Below, one piece after another: positions 49,495 through 63,473 of a stretch of 64,000 nt of DNA; position 1 is the stretch's first letter; each line of letters starts with the position of its first letter. The translations under genes were made by a program, and so were the position numbers. The notes under the pieces are model-generated. The model was not told the DNA's origin, did no database searches, and was given only the letters and a program-made list of their open reading frames with translations. Source of the stretch: Psilocybe cubensis. Taxonomy: Eukaryota. The stretch lies in NCBI GenBank assembly GCA_017499595.2, contig CM039002.1, positions 2,046,001 through 2,110,000 on the forward strand. The letters run 5' to 3'.

Positions 49495-50614
49495 ATGTCT
49501 TTTGTTCGGCCTATATCTCGTTTAACGTCTACCGTCTGTCTCATCCGTATAACACTTTACAATGATGATCATTGATCGTTCATTTGTTAGCTTAGGTTTT
49601 CCTCAATATCACAATGTCGCCAACAAGGACACTCTAATCTACCCTTTCATAATGTATTTCAACAATCACGACGGAGACTAGCCTCAAGTTCATCGCACTC
49701 AGGAAGCCCCTCGACATCGTCTCGTTTGCCGCCGTCCGGTAAATCAAGAAGTGAGGTTCAAGCGGCAAAGAACCGGGCGTTGCTCATGTACAGTACCGCT
49801 GTAGTATGTCCTTTAATTCTCTCAGGGAGTCTTCCATATAACAGCACCATTAGATTGTCTTTGCTGCCGGAGCGAGTTATGCTGCTGTTCCGTTGTATAG
49901 AATGTTCTGTGCCGCTACCGGATTCGCCGGAACACCAAATGTCGGAACTGGTCGTTTTGAACCCGAACGTCTCGTCCCTGTCGAGAACGCTGGACGCATC
50001 AAGGTACACTTCAACGCAGACAGGTCCGAACAACTCCCGTGGACATTTACGCCTCAGCAAAAATTTGTCACTGTATTACCAGGGGAAACTAGTCTGGCAT
50101 TTTATACGGCAAAAAACAATTCCGACAAGGATATCATTGGTATAGCTACGTATAACGTTACTCCTGATAGGGTGAGTGGTTCTAGACTTACATATGGATA
50201 ACTCGCATAACACTCTTGTCCTTGTTGTGTAGATCGCCCCATACTTTTCGAAAGTAGAATGTTTTTGCTTTGAAGAGCAGAGACTTTTGGCCGGCGAGGA
50301 AGTCGATATGCCTCTTCTCTTCTTTATCGATAAAGACATTTTAGACGATCCTGCCTGTAGGAATGTCGAAGATGTCGTACTATCCTATACTTTCTTCCGG
50401 TAGGACATTCGCTGTCTCCCTTCCCTATTTTAACTTAATCGTTATTTTTTGCATTCACAGAGCTCGCCGAAACGATCAAGGTCAACTGGAACCTGATGCA
50501 GCTGAGGATGTTGTTCAAAACTCACTGGGTTTTGGCGGGTACGAACATGCGCCCAAAGCAGAGACTCGCACATTGGCCAAACAATCCAATCCTGCATCTT
50601 CTTCAACGTCATGA
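49495..50614 (+). CDS. COX11: Cytochrome c oxidase copper chaperone COX11
   Basis: YAAVPLYRMFCAATGFAG, PGETSLAFY, ATYNVTP and YFSKVECFCFEEQRL. Confidence 0.96.
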
Positions 50615-50777
50615 ACATGGATGACAACATAAAACACTTCATCAAGGCCTAAAACTCGTGTTACTCTCGTCATCATTAGGTGTTTAATCAATTCCCACAA
50701 ATCAGATTTTGACAAACCCATGGCTTTAGAGGAATACAAGTAAATTTAATTAATGTACCATCTTCAGCTAGTGTGAT

Positions 50778-53700
50778 TTAACCTGCTGCAGAACTAGACA
50801 TAGATAGGTCGTCATTGACATTCGTGGATCCCAAACGTGGCTCGACAACGTGTCCAACTTCAGGATTTGGCCGTGGTCTTATTCTTGGCCTTAGATTCAA
50901 TGCAACTTCGCGCAAGGCTGCGTCGTTGTCATCAACAGGAGCGGGAGCATCTTCCGCCTCATCGACATAACCCGGCGAACTGCTGCCACTTGAATCTGCA
51001 TCCTTCCGTTTTGATCCTCGGGCACCACCACGTCGACTACCTCCTGTTTGTCTTCTACTTGAGGAAACAGCTTTCGTTTGTCGGGCAGAGGTTGATTTAG
51101 ATTTGCCTTTTCCTTTGCTACTCACCGTTGTCCTTCGTTTTTTTGAAGGTGGGGAGGTATTGTCTCCACTACCTGATGCATCGCTTTTTTCTTCCGGCAA
51201 AGGTGTATTGGAACGTGAGGAGGGCTGAGCGGATCCGCTCTTTTGACGCTTCCTAAAGTCTGAAATAACCTGCTGAAGACGTTTGCTTTGATATGCCCGG
51301 CTTTGCCGAGGTGCGTGTGTGCCACTACCAGCTGCAATATCCAGAAACTCGTTCAGATTTCCTTGCTTATTCAAGGCAGCATTCTAGATGCCGGAAAGGC
51401 TTCAGAGATTTGCTACACAAATATTTCGAATAAGGAAACATGCCTGGTTACGCTTATTCATCTTTTGCAAAATTGGCAGTATCAGCTCATCGACTTTGGC
51501 CTGACTCCAACCGAGTTCTTGATGAAAAAATCTAGAAAAGAAATTAACATTCGTTTGATTGCTGAAAGACACTATTCTTACGTGCGCAGTCCATCCAGGT
51601 CTGGCATGCCCCACTTGAAGGGTTCCTCAGAGCTATCCACCGTTGGATGATAGTACGCATCCCGCTATTGAGATTGTTTAAATATTTAAAACGTTCCTGG
51701 GGTGCTTTGAATATATCGTACCACGACAGAGTTGGGCCAGTCTGCAGGCAGGTACAGATTTTTAAATTTCTTTTTCTAAGGGTGAAGTTCATTCTGATAA
51801 GATAGTTTCAAAGGAATAAGTCTTATCGACTTACAAATTGCTTTCGAAATTTGGATTGATTATCTTCTTCTCGGTCTTTCCCGGACTGAACCTTTGCCCA
51901 CCAATCTTTAAACTTGTGCAAACCAGAAATTCCCGGAAATTCTTTCAGGAGTTCCATGGCCACTACAGGACCAACACCTGGCAAGCCTTCCGTGTAGTCG
52001 CTTCCAAGAAGATATGCCAATCGTATTAACGTGTCGCGATCGAGCCCAAGCTCTCTCGACAAATCGGTGAGCAAGAAACACTCCACTGTTTTTGATTGGT
52101 TGAACATATTCTTGTAAACTCTTTGGGCACCAAACAGAAAAACATCAGAGTCGTCGGTGATGACGCCGTCAACAAGTCCCAGAGAAACAAGTTCTGCACA
52201 TTGTGCTTCCGCTTCCATGGGTGCTGTGATGTATGGGATACCGAATAATCGAAGCATCGTCTGTACATATTAAATGAACTTTATACGTTTCTGTCCACAA
52301 AAGAAAACATTTACCATGATCTGAGTAACCATCTGTTGTGTAATATCCTCAGAATCTCGCATTGCATTCTTTCTTTGTTGATCGAGAGCAGTAATTTCTG
52401 CGTCGATTTCTTTCCTAACGTCATCCATATTCTTTCCTTTGACTTGGGACATGAAGCGGGCAAATTCTCCTTGTTCTGCATTGATGTCGATCTCCTCTGC
52501 TGCATCCCAATGAACTGGGGATGAGGGTGGACGACGGGGTGAGTTATTTTCACGTATAGGGGATGGCGTTCGGGACCACGCAAAAAGCCGCTCTTCTTCC
52601 GTTTCACTGGAATCGACTAACCGTTCCGTATCTTTCTTGGACATTTGACTTTGCTCTTCATTCGGCGACGAAGGCGTATAATGAGGCTGGGAAGGAGGAG
52701 TGGAATTAGTGTTCATCGGAGTGAATGGAATAACAGGAGCAACGTTGTCAACGGGTATTTCTTCCATGTCCTCGTCCGAGTCGGAAGCAAGAATAGCTGT
52801 TTCGGCGTCAAACTCCCTGATTGGAAGAGAGGAGGGAGGTGTCGTAGACAGCAAGTGGGCAGCCATGCCTTCTTCCATCGGGAAGTCCTTAAGGTCAGTA
52901 GCAGTTTCTTTATCATAGGATACAGGCTTTGCCTTAGGTGAAGCCGTATCGCTACTGGCAAGTAAAAGAGATGGTGTCCCGAACGTAGCTGTCGTAGTCA
53001 AAGCATCTTCGTTTGGTAAAGGCACGGAATCGATGATGGTCGATGGTGGATTGCGTGGGCGTGAAACAGAGGTATTACCGGAAAGAAGGAAAGGCTGTCC
53101 AAATCCTGAATTTTCAATATTTTCAGTGCGAACCATTTCGATGCTGGCCTGTGGAGACTGGCCTACAGCAGAGTTGGTAGGAGATTCTGTATGTGCCTTA
53201 TAATCATGGGTGTCTTTGTTGGCTTTAAGGGGAGACATGTCTTCCATGATATAGTTATTGTCATCATCGATACTAGGTGATAAGCCATCTTTCGAAATAC
53301 GATTGTTCGAAGATGTTAGGAGTTCGGGTCTTCCAAACATCGGCCGCTTGTTGTCATTTTTGGGAGGTGTGGTTAAGACGCGAGAAGAACCAGAATTTGC
53401 GAAAGAAAGCGCCGTTTCCAGGCGCGTACGCGGCGTACTGTCCACGTAAAAATCGTCCTCATCATCCTCTCCTTCCAACGAAATATTTTGTTGGCGAGTT
53501 GATGTCTCTGCAGTCGAATTAGTTTCATGAATCGAAATCGTTGTTGATTTGCATTTGGATTTGGATTGGTCAAGGGATTCTTGGATGGCATACGCAAGCA
53601 TATCATCCTCATCAGATTCTTCGAGCAGTGATGGAGAGAGTGCATCGTCGCCATAAACGGATTTCAAGGCAGCTGACCTTTTGTTACGCGAAATAGGTTG

Positions 53701-55119
53701 GAATTTAGAGCGATTATCTCGAATTCTTCGAGTAATTCCTGACAATGCATTTTCCCTCTGATATTCACGCAATTTAGTATCATCATGGGTGGGCGGTGGC
53801 CTAAGAAATATATGAGACGAAAACCTGCTACAGTTTATCATGATGTGACGTACATTTCAACTTCTTCCATGTCTGCATCACTGTCTTCTTCCTCCTCAGG
53901 TTCAGCTTCTTCATGGTCAAGTACTATAGGCTTTTCTCGGGTTCCAATGTCTTTGATACCCAATATCCATCCACCGTCTACGCCTTCATTCTTCATGAGC
54001 ACATATTCTCTGTTTCTCTCACTCGCTATACGGATTGGTATAACAATGTTGGCTTTTCCGATAGTGTCAGTAGTCATCAAAAGTTGCTGTGTGAGGGCGT
54101 TGCGCTGTTGAAGGTTCCGTATCTGCTGCTTAGAAAAATCAAGCGGGGTCCGCGCGGTTTTAAGCATCTTCTGTAGTCGTGCATAGGATGTCTGGCGAGA
54201 TTTCAGTCTTAGATCGCCAATGATTTCGTACTGAATCTCAGTAGGTAGTTCTCGGAATTCTGGAGAGTTTATGTCAAAATCTTCCGGTCGCATCTCTTCA
54301 ATGAAAGTGCGAAGTTCATCTTCCGTCGCTAGACGAGGATCAGGGGCAGCCGATCGGGTGGCTTTTGTTATGGCTTCTTCAAGATCAACTTCCGGCAATT
54401 TGTATGGGTCATGGTCGTGAAATTTGTTCTTTTTTGTCGAACTCGATGAAGGTGTAGGAGGTTTCCTTCTGACAGGAGTTTTCGGTGCAGTGCCATCGAT
54501 ATCTTCAAGAAAGACTGTATTTTCATCTAATAGTATATCCCGATTCTTGCCCTTCGATCTTTTCCCCCTACGTGAGGTTTGAAACGCAGAGACATTATCA
54601 AGGGCAGAGTAAATACATACTGATTGCTCTGAGCTTGGTTAAGAGCTTCTCGTCTCATTTGAGCGGCGAGAAGCTTCTCAGCCAACTTTACATGTGTAGT
54701 TGCAGCGCCGCTCTTCTTCTTCTTCCGTTCATTCTATATATGCAAAACAGGTGTTAGAGGAACAAAAACAGAAAAAATGAGACTTGGAAAACATAAACGT
54801 ACCAGGGTTGACCTCTTTAACGCAGGCGCTCCACCGTCGAACACAAAGACAGGCTTGATACCGAAAAACAACAATTTGGCAATTCGTCGTAGGAAGCCCA
54901 ATACATGAGCATTGACCAAGGCACGTCCTTCTTTGTCGCGCATGGTGGCCTGAAATTGATACAACCAGATACTGGAATCAATGGCCATGACTTTTCCTTC
55001 AACTGTCTCGAGCCTTCGTTGACCATCAGATAATGCCTGGAGCAAGATTCAACTGTGCTTATTCACATTACAGGACGGCCCACAGGAGTCAGAAGGGTCC
55101 ATAGCGACTTGACTCCCAT
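50778..55119 (-). CDS. RAD2: Nucleotide excision repair endonuclease XPG/Rad2
   Basis: [29 protein letters not shown], a long spacer with UBM/UIM-like segments, then [27 protein letters not shown] and LLGSDYTEG. Confidence 0.96.
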
Positions 55120-56006
55120 TGTTATTGGGTGGTATCCTCATCAAAGTGTGAGTGCTGCGCTGTAGAGGTAGCCTGAAATAATTGTATGTGAGGTTACCTG
55201 CACCGACGACAGTCAAAGATAGTGAAGGTTGTCCTGAAACTTGCTGAATCGCTTGCTCGGTCCCGACATCTATATTTAGTCATCAATCCCAGAGCCTGCC
55301 TAAAACGTCATAGGAAAAAATTATTTTAAGCGCGTTTGATTCAATGGCTTTCAAATTCACGGTGCATACTGTGAAGGGAGAGTTGAATGCATATTTACAG
55401 CTATTTTCATATCGATAGGCCCAACGTAAAAATATATTCATACAGTCGGACTTGAATTTCTGCGTAGCCTTGTTACATAAGGAATGCTCCTATGTTGATT
55501 TTATTTTAATCTATGGTACGATCTTGCAGAAAAGCGCTGACATGCCTTTCAGTTTGAGAAGGGAGTGTCTCTAGGATGCTGCTGATGTGGTGGTATTGCT
55601 TTAGTTCTTGTAGCTCGACTTTTTTTGTAAATACTCATCGACGATTTTGCTAGTTCCCGTAATTTGCCGTCTTTAAATTTTATGCTCCGCTCAATAAAAT
55701 TCTTTATCCGTGTACGTGTAAATTTAGCGGATAGGTCTATCGATATGAAAATAGCTATAACCAGGTATCTGTACCAAAATAGTGTCCATGAGTGCCTAAG
55801 ATATTATTTTAAGATACATATTAATGATTCCCCAAAAAATGGTCCTCAGACGCAAAGCGCTTGAAGTTATGGTAATGTACATCGATTGTCGAAAGAGTGC
55901 TTTCAACAGCAGGCGGTAGAGCAAAAAGGAAAGATCTAGCATGATTTGAGAGAAGATGAAGTCCAAATTATAAAATCGCATCATGTACTGCTCGAGGGCT
56001 TTTTTT

Positions 56007-59000
56007 TTACTTCGGGCTTGTTGGACGAGATGGGCGGCCACGGTCCGCCGTCTCAGGCCCTCCACGTGCCAAAGGAGAACCTCTACTAGCTGGGGAGCTG
56101 GTGCGCGACGAGAATTGAGGAGGCAGCAAACCGCCGTCGTTCGAATTTCCAGTATTGTTATTGGCGATACCTGGAGATGACCTCGCGTCGAAACTCGACA
56201 TGCCTGTAGCTTGCATACCCATAGGCGACATTGAAGGAGCGCCCATGCCCATGTTCATACCCATACCCATACCCATCATAGGCATACCCATCATTGACAT
56301 ACGGGGATCAAATCCTGCCATAGACCCCGCACCCATAGCGGGGTTCATGCCCGTCATATTTGGGGTTATCTGCGCAGAGCCAGTGCCCGCGCCCGCACCT
56401 GCACCCGTTGCTCCTCCACCATCACCGCCGATCTGTGAACCTGCAACAGAAAACGCCATCATAGCTTGTTGGTATGCCTGAGCAGCCTGTTGAGCAGCGA
56501 ACAAGTGTGGATTGAAGCCACCCATCATCCCTGGGAATCCCATTTGTCCAGTCATCATCGGATTCATCTGGCCCATACCTCCTGCTCCCGTCATCATAGG
56601 ATTCATAGCATTGCCAGTCATCATGGGATTCATGGCCATCATTGGGTTCATACCCATCATCATTGGGTTGGCCATCATGGGATTAAAACCGAACTGACCA
56701 CCATACATAGAACCCCCCTGTTGCATCTGGTCCAATTGCTGGCGCTGATGGTCGTCGAACCGTCGCTGTCGCTCTTCTGCAAGACGTTTTTCACGTTCTC
56801 TTTCAGTCAACGCGGCACCGACACCACCTTCACGTTTTCGTTCCCGTTCATGGGCAGTGATCGCGCCAAGAAGACCAGTCTGAGGAGGAGGTGGCTTGTT
56901 CGGCACATTGATAAGAGAAGCGCCGCTCTCTCGGGCAAGTTCCTCTTGTCGCCTTGCTGACCGATCTTCTTTGTCTTGTAATCCAGCTGAAAGGAGACCT
57001 TGAGGGGTGAAAGCTTTGGTCATCGTTTCTGAAGGCTCCAGCTGTACAAACGTGTCTCGAACAGGAGCAGCCTGCTCAGGTTGAGGAACGCGACCTGGAG
57101 CATGACCAGGATCCAAAACTTGACTCCAGACGGTCTGCCGGGCAGCACCTGGCTGAGGAAACTCTGCTTGGGTCCGTATTGGTGTTCCGTCATCATAGAA
57201 TGTACGGCGACTGCCATCGCCGGTATATTGATCTGAAATCAACCTGCGCGGCGCAGCTTGTGGTTGAGGATGATGGAAATTGTCACCTGAATAAGTTAGT
57301 TACATGGTCATCCAGAAACAACAATAAAGCTCACCAGTCATCCTATTTCCAGGTATCTGGGGCAAATTCCTGGCAGGCCGAAGGTGTGACGGTGTTTGTG
57401 GACTATCTTGATACTCGTGCTGCTGCCCGACTGGACCCTGGCCCTGAGTCTGCAGTGGCCTCAACGAGTTAGACGATGATGACATGCCCTGACTCTGGGA
57501 AGAGCTGCTCTGCGGCCCCCGACGTTGTTGAGAATCCGAGTCGACATCATCATCATCGTCGTCCTCTTCCTCTTCCTCCTCTTCTTCTTCATCACTGCTC
57601 TCCCAAGCACCAGCTGTTTTTGACTTTCTTTTGCCATTTGCCCTTCCGGGTTTATGCGTAGCCGCGTGTTGTGCAGCCTGCTGGGCTTGCGCCTTGAGTT
57701 TTCTCTCCGCGGCCTTGTTCGATGGTGCAAAGGATGACTTGTAAGGCACTGCCTCTCCCGACTGTGTCCCTGGTAAAGGAGATGTCGCAGAGTTACGGTC
57801 TGCACCACGCAGGTTAAGGGGTTCGACTTTCGGCAGGGGCGGCGTAAGGGGCGCGACGGTCGACGTAGCAGCCGCAATGTCCTGAGAATCCGCGATGTCC
57901 AGATACGTTAAGGCCGCCAGTGCCTCTCCGTTCGCATCATCGTAAGCCAGATCGGATGTGTTGCTCTCCTGTTTCTGGTGCTTTGACATGCTTTCGTCAG
58001 TCTCTGTGACCGTCTGGGAAGAAATACTTTCCGCGCGATTGTATGATCGACCGACTGCCTGTGCACGTGCGCCTGATGGTTTCCGTCCCAAGTTAGACCG
58101 AGACGGGCTTAGCCGACCGATTGGCGACATCGGCGCGGTATGGCTCATCTTGGGCGATGACGCAGAGGGCGTCACAGTGTTGGCGTGTACAAAAGTCGTC
58201 GGACTGCGCGCGGCAGAAGTACCATCACCGATTTGTTGTTGACTTTGTGACGGCTTCGCAGCGGTGGCTTTATTAGCAAGTGAGTCGGATGACGACGATG
58301 ATTCATCCTCGTCCAAGTCCTCTTGCTGCCGTTCGCGTTGCTGTACATTGCCGGAGTTTCCGACACCAGATTCCCGCATGTAATAGAGCGCTCCTGCCTC
58401 GTTGATGAAGTCATTAGGTTCATCTGTAGGCGATGAACGTGTAGCATTAGCCGCAAACGACTGACGTTGATGTTCTTGCTGATTACTAGGCGACGTTGTG
58501 CGTAAATGGGCCGTATTTCCAGATGGTTGAGGGGATGTACGGGGACCATCAGCCTGGCGGTTCATTGCCTGAGATTTCGCCCGAGCTTCGTCAAGCGAGG
58601 TGGGTGAAAGGGGCTGCTGTACTTTGCCTATCGTTGAACTGAAATTGGGCAGGGGACTTGCAGGAGGGCTACGAGCATGGGCGTCGAAACCTACGTTGGC
58701 TGGCGGCCTCGGAGAATCGACAGGGGCAGACGTCGCAAGAGAGGACAGGCTGTTATCTGCAACACTATCAACAGAAGGAAGCGTCCCGACAGCAGATGAA
58801 AATTGAGTGCTCATTGTGTTGGTTGATGGACTTGCTGAAACCGTTTGCCCCTGCTGATTCAAACCCGACGAACTTGTAGGCTGCGAACTCTGAGCTATTT
58901 GTTCACTGGAGTCCGGAGATTTGATAGATGCATTATTAACGGGATTGGGCAGATTGTTTGAACCGGAGCTACTCGACTCTGTAATTCCGCCAAGTTGTAA

Positions 59001-61645
59001 TGATTGATCGTTTAGAGGCGAGGATGTGATTGGAGAATGCCCGGTGTTCAGGCCCGACGGTACATCCAAAGAGAGTGTACGAGTAGTGGTCATATTACTG
59101 TTGCTCCTTTCAGTAATGGGCGTCAAAGTTCGTTCACGAGACTCCGTCGTATTTGTGGAAGTATTTGCTCCAAAACTTAGAGGAGGAAGCTGAGGTCCAG
59201 CATTAGGAGCTTGTTGGGGGGGAGGAGAGGCGCTCTTTGCTACGGCAGTTGCGCTACCAACAGAGGGCATTATTGGAGGCGATTCAGTCATGGCTCGCGG
59301 GTTTGGCTGGACAACTTGAACAGCAGGTCTCAGATTTGCCTGCAACAATTTTTTCATTTCAGCTCTGATAACTGAAGTACGATCATCCCGAGGGTCCATA
59401 TTTTCCACCAATTCCCTGTCGAGGAATAGGTTCTGTTTCGTGTGGTATGAGGATCATGAAATTGTGCCACGATTGAATAAGACACATACCTCCTTCTGAG
59501 CTCCTACTGGATAACCAAACATTAGAGATACAGGGTCGCGAGGATCCCATGTCCACGCCTCCGGCCTTCCATAAAGCTCAAAGGCATCATGAAGGCCTGC
59601 ACACGATAACGGTATTAGAACAAGGATAAAATAACATCATGACAGTAGGAAGTTAAAACTGACCAACAATCCATTTCAGCATTTCCGCTGCTTGGCCAAC
59701 GCCATTTTCCAACTCAGGCATAATTAGCACCCACCCCTCTCTCGTTCGAAGTGAGCCAGCCATATCATCATCTCCAAAAGTACCTTCAACCTTCATAAGA
59801 GTGCTTCGATTGATAAGCTCGGGACGTTCAGGGTATACGCCAAAAGCCTGGGTAACATTGAATACAGTCATAAGCGCCTTTTTACGATCCTTGGGTTTTG
59901 GCCCCGGGAACATTGATATCATGGCTTTCGTGGGTATGGTAGAGTTTGAAGGGTTGCTATCTCTTGAAAACAGATTAGACATCCGCTTCTTTTTTACCAG
60001 CGTCCCTTGAGGAGGACCACTGATCGCGCCCTGCTCAGCGCCTTCAACCTTCCCACTACCTTCTGTTCCTTCTTGCACCACAAGCCAAACACGTTTCCAG
60101 TCAGTTTGGCCGGCGATGCGGACACGAGCATATCCTTCCATTTTCCCTCGGACAAGAGTGGTTGGGATATCGCGTGCTGCTGGGTAATCAGTATCGTTGA
60201 ATAAACAAAAGGATTAACAATTACCGCTCAACGTGATCCTAATGAGATGGGCTGTGTAAATTTCCTCGAGTCGTGACTTCTCCCACGCAGATAATCGTAA
60301 AGCGGCCGCCCATGACAATAGAGCAGCAGTCGAAGGGCACGAGAACAGAAGTAGGTTTGATCCTGCAGTATTGAGGGTCAAGACATTGCTGTACCTCTTT
60401 GCAGGCGTTGTTGGGGTGGCTGGCACAGTCACTGAACCTACAACTTGGATAAACTTGACATAAGCGGAGTTAACATTAGCTGTTAAACACGCATTCGTAC
60501 GACCAAAGAGGACTCACAGCATCCGTTACATTGATGTATGAAGGTGGAACCTCTTTGCCTTGTTTGTTGGCTTCTTGAATCTCTTTCATGGACCAGATAC
60601 TCAAAGTGGTTCCACCTAGCTGGGCCCAGACATCTGTCCAGCCTTCATCTTTGTGAGGTCTCTGGCCGTCACCCTGACGTTCCAATCGGCGCACCAGAGG
60701 GCCAGAGAAATAGATTTTGTGAGCATGAGCGATAGATAGTTGAACAACCGATCGAATCTCTGGATGCAATGGAGGTGGAGCAGGCGGCTGAGGGTTGTTC
60801 TGTGCACCACCTACTGAGGGTGAACGAGCAAGGGTGGTTGGTTGGGACGCATTAGATGTGCGACTTGGATTCGGTGCATTAGACTGTTGTGGTTGGGCTT
60901 GAGGCCTTTGAGACTGTTGCGGTGCCGGTGCTGGAGGAGGCGGAGATTGCGGCATAGGGGGTTGGGGAGTGAATTGATTGGGTGAAGGTTGGCCTCCAGA
61001 GAAGCTTGGACTAGACGGCTGCTGCTGCTGTGGTTGTTGAGGCGGTAAATGTTGTGGTTGAGGTTGAGGTTGGGGTTGTGCAAGTTGTTGCTGTTGTTGT
61101 ATACCATATTGAGAAGGTGGGACATTTTGCGGAGGAGGCTGACTTTGTCTGGATGGCCCGGGTGCCGGGCCTTGAGGGGGGAAACTATTTGTCGACGGAG
61201 GCAAATACTGCTGAGTGGGGATCGTGGCACTGCCAGTATTTCCGATGGTAGACATGGGTCTTTGGTGCACATTAGGCTGACCGTCAACCGACTGCTTGTT
61301 ACGATTGAACGCAAAAAACGACGAAGACCGAGAGTGAGCCATATCTGGCGTTGGAGGCGCGCTCGGGACCTGTTGAACAAAGTTATTGTTCGAGGGCGAT
61401 GGTGGATGCTGATAGAGAACAGATTGGCGCTGATACGGACTCTGGCCCTGTGCGTGGAGCTGGTTCTGAGCCAGCTCAAACTGCTGTTGCTGTTGCTGGA
61501 GTAGCTGCTGCTGCTGGTTATACTGGAGCTGGAGCTGCTGAAGACTATCCTGGGCGCGAAGCTGTTGGAAGCGAGGAGGGGGCACGTAGCCGTTTCTGGA
61601 TTCCCAGTGTGGCGGGGAGGTGGTCTGAGGATAAGGGGAAGTCAT
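56007..61645 (-). CDS. PH-domain protein, Skg3/Caf120-like, with Q/P-rich N-terminus and M/G-rich C-terminus
   Basis: YFSGPLVRRLE...WTDVWAQLGGTTLSIW, NTAGSNLLLF, SAWEKSRLEEIYTAHL, EGYARVRIAGQTDWKRVW and HDAFELYGRP. Confidence 0.8.
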
Positions 61646-62040
61646 GCGGCCGGGCCTCTACTTGAACAAACTTGTCAACCTTCAGAATCAGAGATGATGG
61701 CAAGCCGCCGCACCATTCCAATCCTATTCTCGCGACTCAATGCACGTGCTCCCTCTTCTCACACCAATCCCCTTCAGCATCAACTTGAACTACTTCTACA
61801 GTTTCAGAGTTCCCCACGTGGAGTCCAGAACAATTATCGCCGCATCACCATTGCAATATAAGCGTTATACATATTGTGAAAAATTTGGGTACAGAGGTGC
61901 ATACAGAAGGTAAACGAGTGGATGGATGCTGTAATGTTTAAATGATACAATGTGAAATACAGGCTACATTAAGTCTACAGACAGGCTGTCCAATAGCTAT
62001 AGATTAATAGTGTCAAATAGAAATGAAAACAGTCCTTGAT

Positions 62041-63473
62041 CTAGTTCCCACCGACAGTGGCTGTCAACAACACGGAGATGTCGCTAAATTCCCCTCCACC
62101 ACTAGGAACAACGGTAGGGAAAGGCGCACCAGTTGAGAACGAGAATCGACCTGCTGCAGAAGTAGTACTGCTCACGACTACAGGCGTGGAACTTGAGGCG
62201 GAGGCGGAAGGGAAGGAGACAGTGAAGACAGGCGCGGAAGACGAAGCAATGATAACGGGCACTGTGGTCTCCTGAGGAGAAATAGTAGGAGTGGTGAAAA
62301 ATGTGACCGAGGAGGAGGGGACAGAAGGAGTGATAATCGTGTTCGATGGGGCACAAGCCGTGGCTGGCGCAGTCACCGTGACGGTAGATGCAGACATGAT
62401 GACGACAGTCACGATGCCATCAGCACCAGTAGCAGTTACGACAGGAATCGCACTACCTCCAGCAGTGTTCGAAGGAGCAACTGTGGTAGCGGGGTCTGAG
62501 CCAGCAGGTGTAACGACAGCGGTGGGATTGGGAATAACCGTAATAGGAGTAACAGTTGACGCTGACGAGCTGGGAACCGCCGTGCCTGGCAGAGTACTTA
62601 AGCCAATTACGACAATGTCTGGATTGGTAGAACTAGGCGTGGAAGACGCCTCAGAAATTGTGGTAGAAGAGACTGGTACAGGACTCGGCGTCTGAGGCCT
62701 TTCACGGACAAACAAGGCGTTGGCGCTGGCTGAGGGTTCTACAGTGATTGTCGTAGTGCTCGTAGTGACAGTGACAACTTGATCGACGATAGTAGCAGAC
62801 GATTTGGGCACATTTACAGTAAATGTGAGGGTCTGGTCGATTGAGAAGGAGCCTGAGGGTGGCAAGGTTGTGAACTTGGGAACCGGGGTAGAGGTGGCAG
62901 TTGTGCAATGGCCTGTTGGATCCGAGCCAGTAATTCCACCAGTGACACCAGCATCTGCAAATATGTCTTTGGCAACACTCTCAGTGACGCAAAGGATCCC
63001 AGTGCCGTTAACGCCTTGTTTGGGAAGGGCGAAGCAGGACTTGGGGGGACCACACGAAAACACCTGCCATTTTTCGGATGCACAGAGGACAAAAAATCCA
63101 CTTATGCATGCTTGCTCTCCGTCTGGAAAAATAATTAGATAGAGCAAAAAAAAGTAGGATATATCAACGTACTTTGACAGGCATCATCCACATTCAAGTT
63201 GGCAAAACCAGCATTTTGTTGCTGGGCAGCCAGTGCATTCTGCCTGGTAATTTCTGATACACCGGTTTGTTCTGCCTTGGGAGAAACAATGGTGATCGAT
63301 GCGGTGGTCTGAGTGACAGAGGGGGCGGAGGTCGCTGTGACTCTCCCAGAAGAGCGAGGCAGATCATCGCCAATAATCGTAAATTCTTCTTGGGGCGTCG
63401 GCGCTGACTTGACCGGAGCAAGGACAGCAAGGACAGCGAGAGCGTAGAGCAAGGATCTAGTCTTCGAGAACAT
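62041..63473 (-). CDS. Secreted Ser/Thr-rich protein with a Cys-rich CBM19-like domain (2 exons)
   Basis: Signal peptide MFSKTRSLLYALAVLAVLAPVKS, then QNALAAQQQNAGF...ACQ|GEQACISGFFVLC...CFALP...GTGILC and an S/T/P/V-rich tail. Confidence 0.7.
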
